DNA of 43,283 bases from Candidatus Nanoarchaeia archaeon (GTDB lineage: Archaea; Nanobdellota; Nanobdellia; SCGC-AAA011-G17; JACPNG01). The translations under genes were made by a program, and so were the position numbers. The notes below the pieces were generated by a model that was given only the letters and a program-made list of their open reading frames with translations, ran no database searches and was not told the DNA's origin. Below are positions 34,532 to 42,563 of the stretch, piece after piece (within the stretch, counting starts at the first letter, position 1; each line of letters starts with the position of its first letter). The stretch covers positions 1 to 43,283 of the forward strand of contig JASLOB010000014.1 in the NCBI GenBank assembly GCA_030745695.1, read 5' to 3'.

Positions 34532-36321
34532 ATTCTTGACTTTCTCCTTTGAAGTTTTAACTCTTCCCTTTCATCTTCAAATTTTTCTTCACGATCTTCT
34601 AATCTATCTAATCTATCATAATATTGTTTTCTTTTTAATTTTAGTTTTTTCCATTCATTTTCTAATGTTTTTTTATCTTTATTTATTGTAGATCTATAAG
34701 AATCTAATCTACTCGTATCTCTATTTAATTTATTCTGTTTAATATCAATATCTTTGTATCTTTTTCTATCATTATCAAGTTTTTTCCTCATATCTTGTAT
34801 TTTTTTTGATTCTTTTTCTAATCTACTTTCTTCTTTTTTTAATTTTTTATTGAATTTCTCTAAATTATCTCTCTCTTCTTCTAACTCATCTTCTCTACCA
34901 TAAAATTCATTTTCTTTTTTTGATAAGTTATCCTCTCTTTGTTTTGATTTTAACTTTAAGTTATTCAAATCTTCTTTATCTTCTAACAAATCTTCTCTAT
35001 CTTCATGTAGTCTATCTTGATCTTTTAAAAGTCTATTTTTAGATTTATTCAATGATTTTTCTTCTTGCTTAATCAATGATCTTCCATAAACTAAACTTTC
35101 TTTTAATTCATCTAATTTTTTAAATTCTAATTCTAATTTTTTCTTTACTTCTTCTATCTTTTTATTTTCTGACTCTAAATTTTGTTTAGATTTATGTATT
35201 TTTTTATTTTCTGAAGTTATTTGTGAATTTAGATCTTCAACCTCTTCCTTCTTGTCTTCTAATTCATCTTCTAAACTAATAACTTTGTCTTCTCTTTGTC
35301 TTAACTTTAATTTTAGATTGTTAAAAGATTCTTTATCACTTAATAGAACTTCTTTGTCTTCATACAACCTATCTTGATCTGTCCATAACTTATCTTTAGT
35401 CTTATTTAACCTTTTTTCCTCTTGTTTAATAAATAATTTGTCATTAGACAAACTCTCTTTTAATGTTTTTAATTTTTTATTTTCTGACTCTAAACTTTGT
35501 TTTGATTTCTCTACTTTTCTCTTTTCTGATTCTATTTGTAGATTTAAATCTTCAACTTCATCTTTTTTATCTTCTAAATCACCCTCTAAATTTACAACTT
35601 TTTTTGTTCTTTGCTTTAAATCATCTAAAACATTCTTTTCTTTTTCTTTTAAACTGTCTAATCTAGGTCTAATATTTTTTTCTTCTCTTTCTAGTTTCCT
35701 TCTCTCAGATTTTATTGTTGATTCTTGTTTGTTTGAATCTTCTTTCTTTTGGTCTAATGATAATCTTTCTTTATTCAATTCTCTTTCTCTATCTCTAAAT
35801 GATTTTCTTTCTTCTTTTATCTTTTCTAATCTTACTTCTAATTTTTTACTACTTTCTTCTATAACTTTTTTTTCAACCCTAATCTTAGTTCTTTCTTTCT
35901 CTAATGATTTTTTCTCTCTTTCTAATCTTCTTATTTCAGGCATTATTATTTGTCTATCTATCTCATCTTTCATTGGATTATCTACATTTGGATCTAATAA
36001 TCCTTCTACTTGTAATTTTCTTTGATCACTATTTATCTTAAACTCTCTACTTGTAAAAGCAACCAATCCCAATAATATTATGAATTGCAAGCTAGATTGT
36101 AATGGCAATCTTACTAAATCTAGACTAGGGAAAAAAGAAAAAGCTCTCACAATAAAAACTAATCCTAATAACATAGAAAAAGTTACAATATTTTTAAGTT
36201 TAAACAAGTCTTCCTTACCTTGATTCTTTAGATTAAACCAGAGTAATACAGCTATTAAGAACAGTATAGAATAGATAAAACCTTGATAACTAGCTAATTG
36301 ATTTAATACTTCTAACACCAT
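34528..36321 (-). CDS. membrane-anchored long coiled-coil protein
   Basis: 597 aa. Three N-terminal TM helices followed by about 490 aa of K/E/R-rich heptad-like sequence. Confidence 0.6.
   Translation of the reverse strand: MVLEVLNQLASYQGFIYSILFLIAVLLWFNLKNQGKEDLFKLKNIVTFSMLLGLVFIVRAFSFFPSLDLVRLPLQSSLQFIILLGLVAFTSREFKINSDQRKLQVEGLLDPNVDNPMKDEIDRQIIMPEIRRLEREKKSLEKERTKIRVEKKVIEESSKKLEVRLEKIKEERKSFRDRERELNKERLSLDQKKEDSNKQESTIKSERRKLEREEKNIRPRLDSLKEKEKNVLDDLKQRTKKVVNLEGDLEDKKDEVEDLNLQIESEKRKVEKSKQSLESENKKLKTLKESLSNDKLFIKQEEKRLNKTKDKLWTDQDRLYEDKEVLLSDKESFNNLKLKLRQREDKVISLEDELEDKKEEVEDLNSQITSENKKIHKSKQNLESENKKIEEVKKKLELEFKKLDELKESLVYGRSLIKQEEKSLNKSKNRLLKDQDRLHEDREDLLEDKEDLNNLKLKSKQREDNLSKKENEFYGREDELEEERDNLEKFNKKLKKEESRLEKESKKIQDMRKKLDNDRKRYKDIDIKQNKLNRDTSRLDSYRSTINKDKKTLENEWKKLKLKRKQYYDRLDRLEDREEKFEDEREELKLQRRKSRI
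34927..35598 (-). repeat. intragenic tandem duplication (units of about 105 and 119 aa) in the coiled-coil gene
   Basis: Residues 242-346 (VVNLEGDLEDKKDEVEDLNLQIESEKRKVEKSKQSLESENKKLK...) align with residues 347-465 (VISLEDELEDKKEEVEDLNSQITSENKKIHKSKQNLESENKKIE...). Confidence 0.8.
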
Positions 36322-36413
36322 TTTATCACTTTAGTATAGTATACTATTGTTACTATTTAAATTAAATGATATATAAAGTTTTTGCTAATTTATCACTTAT
36401 TATTTTCTTTAAC

Positions 36414-38036
36414 TTATCCATGACTATACCAAAATACTAATTTATCTTTTTCCTTAGAATCTAATCTTACAAAACCAAATCTAACAAATTGTACAACTTC
36501 ATTAACTTTTAATTTTTTAATATCTTTTTCAGCCAATCCACTTATTATTTGTTTATCTGGCATCAAAACTTCTACTTTAACCAAATCTTTAGAACAAGGC
36601 AACCAATGAATTAATTTAGCATTTAATTTTTGGTCTAATTCTTTAGATAAAAATTCATTATTCTTAAAGTTAAATAAATGCATTAATCTATATGGTTTAT
36701 TTTTTTCAATCTTATCTTTAATATAAAATTCATTATCAACTTTAAATTTTCTAAATCCTAATTTTTTATTATCTGGATGAAAAGGAACTTTTACTTCTGA
36801 TTTAAGAGAGTTGATTATCTTAATTTTTATTGGATCTTCAACAAAGAAGTATCTTTTAGCTTCTTTTTCTAATAATCTTTTGTTATGCATTATTAGATCA
36901 TTCCACTCCAACTCTGATTCAGATTTGGAAATTCCTGTAGATAAAACGAAATTCTTCAAAGCTTCTGGTTTAAAACCTCTCCTCCTTAAAGCTACAATTG
37001 TTATTAAACTTGGATCATCCCATCCAATCAATTCTTTATTATCTATTTTTTCTCTAATTACTCTTCCAGAACTAGACACCCCTCTTAAATTAAATCTAGC
37101 TAACTCATACATCTGAGTTTCTTTAAATCCTAAACTCTTTTGTATAAATCTGTGTAGTTCATTTCTTAATTCAAATTCTTTAGTTCTAAATCTATGAGTA
37201 ATTTTATCTAGAGCATCCATAACAGAATTTTCAAAATCATAAGTTGGCCAAACAATGTGTTTTTTACTAAGTTTAGGATGTTTTTCTTTTATTAATCTGA
37301 AAATTGTTGGATCCCTCATAGTAGAATTTTTATGTTTTAGATCTATTTTTAACCTTAAGACATATTTTTTCCCTTTAAACATCTCTTTCCATAATTTCAA
37401 ATTTTCTTTAACATCATTATTTCTATCCTCACATTCTTTACCTTTAGATCTAGATTCTCTAATGTCTTCTAATGAGTGTTTACATACATAAGCTTTCTCT
37501 TCTTTAATTAATTGTTCAGCTAATTTGTAGAATTTATTCATATTAGAAGAAGCATATGTAATCTTATTTGGTTTGATTCCTAACCAATCTAGATTATCTA
37601 AATAATTTTTATAGAATTCTTTTTTTACTAAAATTGGATTAGTATCTTCAAATCTAAAAATAAATTTTCCTTTTTTTATTTTAGCTAATTCATAATTTAA
37701 CATTAAAGCTTTTACTTGACCTAAATGCATATATTTACTTGGTTCGGGAGGAAATGCAGTTATAACTTTTCCTTTAATGTTATAAGAATTAAATAATCCT
37801 CTCTTTTCTACTTTCTTTTCTAATAATTTAGGATCTATTTTTTTTAATTTTTCTTTTTGTTCTTCTAAACTTAATTTATTAACCTCATCTACAATTTTTT
37901 TAGTTTCTAAAGCTACTTTTTTCTTATCTAAATCTTTAATCTCAGAAAAAACTTTTCCTATAACTGATCCTACACTTGCTTCCCCATTATATCTTATAGC
38001 ATTTTGTAGAGCATATTTTAATATAATATTGTTCAT
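36414..38036 (-). CDS. gltX: glutamate--tRNA ligase (archaeal type)
   Basis: 540 aa. Archaeal N-terminal helical extension, FPPEPSKYMHLGQVKALMLN (HIGH region), FRFEDTNP and WPTYDF. Confidence 0.85.
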   Translation of the reverse strand: MNNIILKYALQNAIRYNGEASVGSVIGKVFSEIKDLDKKKVALETKKIVDEVNKLSLEEQKEKLKKIDPKLLEKKVEKRGLFNSYNIKGKVITAFPPEPSKYMHLGQVKALMLNYELAKIKKGKFIFRFEDTNPILVKKEFYKNYLDNLDWLGIKPNKITYASSNMNKFYKLAEQLIKEEKAYVCKHSLEDIRESRSKGKECEDRNNDVKENLKLWKEMFKGKKYVLRLKIDLKHKNSTMRDPTIFRLIKEKHPKLSKKHIVWPTYDFENSVMDALDKITHRFRTKEFELRNELHRFIQKSLGFKETQMYELARFNLRGVSSSGRVIREKIDNKELIGWDDPSLITIVALRRRGFKPEALKNFVLSTGISKSESELEWNDLIMHNKRLLEKEAKRYFFVEDPIKIKIINSLKSEVKVPFHPDNKKLGFRKFKVDNEFYIKDKIEKNKPYRLMHLFNFKNNEFLSKELDQKLNAKLIHWLPCSKDLVKVEVLMPDKQIISGLAEKDIKKLKVNEVVQFVRFGFVRLDSKEKDKLVFWYSHG

Positions 38037-38112
38037 AATTTAATTATACAAATTATATATTTAAACGTGTTGGTAATGATTATGTTTATAAATAATTAGA
38101 ATTAAAAAAAAT

Positions 38113-38487
38113 GTGATGGAAGAAATTGAAAAATTAGAAAATGAAGAGAGTAGATGGCACCCAGTGTATGGTAATACTTACACTCTTGATATTCCTAGTC
38201 ATAATAAGAAGAAAAAAGTTAATTTTTTTGGGATAATACAAAATAGAAAAAATAAAGAAATAAAATTTATATTCTATGGAGAAGAAAAAGGTGAGGTATA
38301 TAGATATATAAGCTATGCTAATTCAACAGTCATATGGTTTGGTGATTTAGATGAAGGGCCATATGAAGCACTAATTAAAGCATCCCCTGGAAGAAGATTA
38401 AATGATGGACTTGAAAAAGACCACATTCTCAAAGTGTTAGAAAAAATGAATCTTGAAGAAAAAGTAAGTGATCTCCCAAAGACTTAA
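38113..38487 (+). CDS. hypothetical protein
   Basis: 124-aa ORF with no motif recognised. Confidence 0.4.
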   Translation: MMEEIEKLENEESRWHPVYGNTYTLDIPSHNKKKKVNFFGIIQNRKNKEIKFIFYGEEKGEVYRYISYANSTVIWFGDLDEGPYEALIKASPGRRLNDGLEKDHILKVLEKMNLEEKVSDLPKT

Positions 38488-38529
38488 ATACTACAATCTT
38501 ATTTTTTTCAATAATTAGGAGTTAATAAA

Positions 38530-38967
38530 ATGCCTGTTAAGAAAGGAGATAAAATAAAAGTAGATTATGAAGGAACATTAGAAGATGGAACTGTATTTGA
38601 TAGTTCAACACATGGAGATCATTCCCATCCTTTAGAATTCGAAGTAGGTTCTGGACAATTGATAAAAGGATTTGATGAAGGTGTAATTGGAATGGAAAAA
38701 GGAGAAGAAAAAACCATTAAATTAGAATCTTCAGAAGCTTATGGTGATCCTAAGCCAGAATTAGTTAAAAAATTTCCTAGAGAACAACTTCCTAAAGATC
38801 AAGAACCTAAAGAAGGTATGACTTTATTGATAAAATCACAAGATGGAAACCAACTTCCAGCAAAAATAACAAAAGTTGATGATAAAGAGGTTACAATAGA
38901 CTTAAACCACCCTTTAGCTAGCAAAACACTAAATTTTAAGATTAAAGTAATTGAAATATCTTCTTAA
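38530..38967 (+). CDS. FKBP-type peptidyl-prolyl cis-trans isomerase
   Basis: 145 aa with KVDYEGTLEDGTVFDSS, PLEFEVGSGQLIKGFDEGVIGM and DLNHPLA. Confidence 0.88.
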   Translation: MPVKKGDKIKVDYEGTLEDGTVFDSSTHGDHSHPLEFEVGSGQLIKGFDEGVIGMEKGEEKTIKLESSEAYGDPKPELVKKFPREQLPKDQEPKEGMTLLIKSQDGNQLPAKITKVDDKEVTIDLNHPLASKTLNFKIKVIEISS

Positions 38968-39074
38968 CCAAAATCTTAATCTGTATATAAACTAAAGCTT
39001 TAAAAAGGATTATTTCTATGTTTTTTAAGTAATAAACTCTAAAATGAAGGTTATTTTATTTTAGTGGAGGAAAC

Positions 39075-39374
39075 ATGGAAGGAGTAGTTAAGTGGTTTAA
39101 CACCAAAAAAGGATATGGTTTCGTCAAAGGAGACGATGGAGAAGACTATTTTGTACATTATAGTGCTTTGCCAAGAGATACAAACGTAAACGAGAACGAT
39201 AGAGTATCTTTTGATCCTGCACAAAGTGACAGAGGAAAACAAGCACAAAACGTACAAATAATAGGAAAAGAAGAACCAAAACCTGAAGGCGAAGAACAAG
39301 AATCTGAGGAATCTCAAGAAGGATCTGAAGAAGCTCAAGAAGATTTTGGCGAAGAAACTGAAGAACAAAATTAA
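39075..39374 (+). CDS. cold-shock domain protein with acidic C-terminal tail
   Basis: 99 aa. GVVKWFNTKKGYGFV and DYFVHYSAL (RNP1/RNP2-like), then a ~35-aa Glu-rich tail. GGAGGA lies upstream. Confidence 0.85.
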   Translation: MEGVVKWFNTKKGYGFVKGDDGEDYFVHYSALPRDTNVNENDRVSFDPAQSDRGKQAQNVQIIGKEEPKPEGEEQESEESQEGSEEAQEDFGEETEEQN

Positions 39375-39456
39375 TCAATTCTTTAATAATTTTTATTAAT
39401 TTTAAAATATTAAAGTTATAGTTCTAATAAAGGACTTCATTCAGGTATTTAGTAAT

Positions 39457-39906
39457 ATGGCTTTAAAAATATTAAATAATAAAGAGAAGAAAAAGGTAAT
39501 TGATGTAATAAAAGAACAGTATAATATTAATAAATTAGATTTAGATTATATATTCTTAAAAAATAATGACAATAAAGTGTTTATTTTAAGTAAAGATTTT
39601 TCTAAAATTAATATTGATAACATAAGAGTTAATTCTTTTGGGTTATATTTTGCTAAAATACATCCAAATGGAGTAAGATTAAGTATAGAAGGCTCTCAAT
39701 TGATAGGAGAGTATGCTAATAAAAATATTTTAGATATTAATAAAAAAGAAGTTAATTTATGGGTTAGAGGTAATGATATTTTAACTAATGAAAAATTGGA
39801 TGGATTTGTTATTATAAAATCAAAAAATGATTATTTTGGATCTGGATATTATAAAGAAGGAAAAATACAAAATATGATATCTAAAGATAGAAGGATTAAG
39901 AAATAA
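39457..39906 (+). CDS. NIP7-like pre-PUA/PUA RNA-binding protein
   Basis: 149 aa. The size and the C-terminal GFVIIKSKNDYFGSGYYKEGKIQN pattern resemble archaeal Nip7. Confidence 0.45.
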   Translation: MALKILNNKEKKKVIDVIKEQYNINKLDLDYIFLKNNDNKVFILSKDFSKINIDNIRVNSFGLYFAKIHPNGVRLSIEGSQLIGEYANKNILDINKKEVNLWVRGNDILTNEKLDGFVIIKSKNDYFGSGYYKEGKIQNMISKDRRIKK

Positions 39907-40305
39907 TTAATAACGCATATCTAACTCTTCTGAATTAAAAGGAGTTTCTCTATACTCTAAAATAATACAAAGAGATAGATATTCTAAATCATGTCTAACA
40001 CCTTTCTCAAACACTAGTTCTATAACATTGTCTTTTCCAGCTTCAATTACCATATCTAATGTTTCACCCTTATTATTTTCTGCATATAATCTAGCTTTTC
40101 CCACTATAAGACCTATTCTTTCAGGATCTTTTGACGGATCTTTACCAGTATGATAATGAAGTTTATGGGGTGTACCTTTCTCTCTAATGTTTAAGGTTAC
40201 TTGTCTTCCTAGAACCCCCTTCCATAATTCAAATGTTGGTTTAGATAAATCTCCAGGATTTACTGGAGGTAATTCTTTAACTTCTACACCTTTAATAGTC
40301 TTCAT
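39907..40305 (-). CDS. cupin-fold protein
   Basis: 132 aa. GTPHKLHYHTGKDPSKDPERIGLIVG fits the G-x5-HxH-x-E-x-G cupin motif. Confidence 0.4.
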   Translation of the reverse strand: MKTIKGVEVKELPPVNPGDLSKPTFELWKGVLGRQVTLNIREKGTPHKLHYHTGKDPSKDPERIGLIVGKARLYAENNKGETLDMVIEAGKDNVIELVFEKGVRHDLEYLSLCIILEYRETPFNSEELDMRY

Positions 40306-40335
40306 AATCAGATGTAAAATAGTTTATTTATAAAA

Positions 40336-40746
40336 TTAGTTATATTTTTTAGTCATTAACAAATATACAAGAATTAAAGCTCCGATTGTAATAAATGAAT
40401 CTGCAACATTAAAAGTAGGCCAAAATTGAAAATCAATAAAATCTCTAACATATCCTAAAAATATTCTATCAATCAAATTTCCTATTGTTCCACCCAAAAT
40501 AAAACTAAATGCACGAATAGCAGATTTATTCTTTATAGTAATTAGATAATAAATTAATATGATCATAACGACTAAAGAAATTAAAATTAAAAAATATCTA
40601 TACCCTTGTAAGATTCCAAACGCTGCTCCTGTATTCTCTACATATCTTAATAAAAATAATTTCAAATCCAAGTTTATATTTTTAGAATAAAATTTAGTTA
40701 ATTGATCTAAGATAACTATAAAAAAAACTAAAATATAAGATTTCAT
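40336..40746 (-). CDS. lspA: lipoprotein signal peptidase (signal peptidase II)
   Basis: 136 aa with DQLTK, NTGAAFGIL, GGTIGNLIDR and FNVADSFI. Both catalytic-Asp motifs are present across four TM helices. Confidence 0.85.
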   Translation of the reverse strand: MKSYILVFFIVILDQLTKFYSKNINLDLKLFLLRYVENTGAAFGILQGYRYFLILISLVVMIILIYYLITIKNKSAIRAFSFILGGTIGNLIDRIFLGYVRDFIDFQFWPTFNVADSFITIGALILVYLLMTKKYN

Positions 40747-40945
40747 TTAATTGTTCTAATAAATTCTTCAATTCTTTCTAATCTACCATTAATATTTTCT
40801 AATCTTGAGTTAACCAAATCTAACTTACCAATAACTATCTCCATATCTCTCTCATAATAACCTTCTCCACCATAATAAGGTTGTTCTGTTGGTTGTTCTA
40901 ATTCTTGTTCTTCTTCTTTCTTTTTTAATAAACTAAAAGGCCAGA

Positions 40946-41440
40946 TTATCTTTCACCTCTTAAATTCAAAAATGATTTAGCTTGATTAAAAACTTCATAA
41001 GTTTCTTTTTTTAACTCATCTGCATATCTATCATATTTAGCTTTCATAATAAAATGGTCATATAAAGCTCTAGAAAATTTTAAGAAAAAATTTCTTTCCC
41101 ATAGATCTTCATAATCTTTTTGGATAAAAGATTCAAATTTTAAGCTACAAACACCCTTACAAGCCATAGCTTCTTTAGTTTGTACATTCACAACATCACT
41201 TAATTTAAGTCTAATCTCTATATGAAATTTAATGTAATCATCAATCTTTTTTTCTGCTTCCCATTTAATAGAATCACTTTTTTCTCCACCTTCTTTCAAT
41301 ACATCAATATACTCTTTTTCAAAGAAATCATAACTATGAAGATCAAACCATGACTTCAATAATCTATATAAATCTGCAAAATTAAAAGTTGCTTTTTGTT
41401 CTATTTTTATAGCTGGAATAACATAATCTATCTCTGCCAT
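40946..41440 (-). CDS. uncharacterised ~165-aa family, tandem paralogue 3
   Basis: 164 aa. Shares FNFADLY..W, IDDYIKFHIEI, WERNFF and a C-terminal FLN with the two upstream ORFs. Confidence 0.6.
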   Translation of the reverse strand: MAEIDYVIPAIKIEQKATFNFADLYRLLKSWFDLHSYDFFEKEYIDVLKEGGEKSDSIKWEAEKKIDDYIKFHIEIRLKLSDVVNVQTKEAMACKGVCSLKFESFIQKDYEDLWERNFFLKFSRALYDHFIMKAKYDRYADELKKETYEVFNQAKSFLNLRGER

Positions 41441-41476
41441 AATATTAAGAAGAATATTTTATTTTTAATGTTTTCG

Positions 41477-41959
41477 TTATACATACACATTTAAAAATTC
41501 TCTAGTTTCTTCAATTAAACTATAAAACTTACCATAAAGATCTAATTTGTACTCTTCAATCCTCTTTCTTATTATAAATCTTTCATAAAGTTCCATAAAA
41601 AAGTTATCTGGAAGACTTTTTTCTAATTTAGCTGAAAAAATCATATCAAAATCCCCTCTTTGAATTTTTATTTTTTTTTCTTCTTTTTGTATTTCAACAT
41701 CCTTAATTCCAACATAAATAGCATCTAAAGTTATCAAATAAGTAAAATCAGGGCTTCTTTTTTTTCTGCATTCCCAATTAAATTCTATTTTTTTACTTCC
41801 ACCAGGAAGCATAGTTTCTATATACTGAACTTCATTTGTGTTAGCCCAATAACCATTAAATTCAAGCCACATTTGTATCCATCTATAAAATTCAGCCACA
41901 TCTAACATTCCTACATGTCTTACTCTAGTTGAAGGAGCTACTTCTATCTTCTTTATCAT
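41477..41959 (-). CDS. uncharacterised ~165-aa family, tandem paralogue 2
   Basis: 160 aa with LDVAEFYRWIQMW, DNFFMELYERFII and FLN, colinear with its neighbours. Confidence 0.6.
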   Translation of the reverse strand: MIKKIEVAPSTRVRHVGMLDVAEFYRWIQMWLEFNGYWANTNEVQYIETMLPGGSKKIEFNWECRKKRSPDFTYLITLDAIYVGIKDVEIQKEEKKIKIQRGDFDMIFSAKLEKSLPDNFFMELYERFIIRKRIEEYKLDLYGKFYSLIEETREFLNVYV

Positions 41960-41971
41960 AATACCTCTTTT

Positions 41972-42484
41972 TTAAGTTCCATAAACATGAAGATACAATC
42001 CAAGTTTTTCTTTAACTAAATTATGTAAATTAACTAAATCAAGATATACTTTTCTTTCATAATCTCCCTTAATCTTATCTTTTATAATATAATTATTATA
42101 AATTAAATTTAAAAATCTTGAAATAAAATTTTTGTTCCATCTATTTTTATAATCCAAAAAAATATTAGCTTTAAAATTTATGTTCATATCTCCTTTATCT
42201 AAATTTTTATTTTTTATTTTTACTTTTTCCATCTCTATGATTAATATAGAAACATTAATATGAAATCTTGAATAATCATCCATATCTCTTTCAGATTTTA
42301 AGCCAACAAGAACTTCATATCCCACATCTCTATTTTTGCTTTGAGTTGATATTTGAACAGTATACTTTCTTTCTTCAAGATAATTTTGGATTGATTTTAC
42401 TAAATCTTTTATATCATAAACTCCTTTTTGATGTATCTTGATGCCATCTTTAGACATCATTTGGTGCTCCCCTCTAGTTATCAT
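41972..42484 (-). CDS. uncharacterised ~165-aa family, tandem paralogue 1
   Basis: 170 aa with YDIKDLV, MDDYSRFHINV and WNKNFISRFLNLIY, colinear with its neighbours. Confidence 0.6.
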   Translation of the reverse strand: MITRGEHQMMSKDGIKIHQKGVYDIKDLVKSIQNYLEERKYTVQISTQSKNRDVGYEVLVGLKSERDMDDYSRFHINVSILIIEMEKVKIKNKNLDKGDMNINFKANIFLDYKNRWNKNFISRFLNLIYNNYIIKDKIKGDYERKVYLDLVNLHNLVKEKLGLYLHVYGT

Positions 42485-42563
42485 ACTTATAAATTACTAA
42501 ATTAATTAATAAATTCTTCGGTAACAAAAAAACCTTTATAAGAGAGGATAACATCAAAATTAT

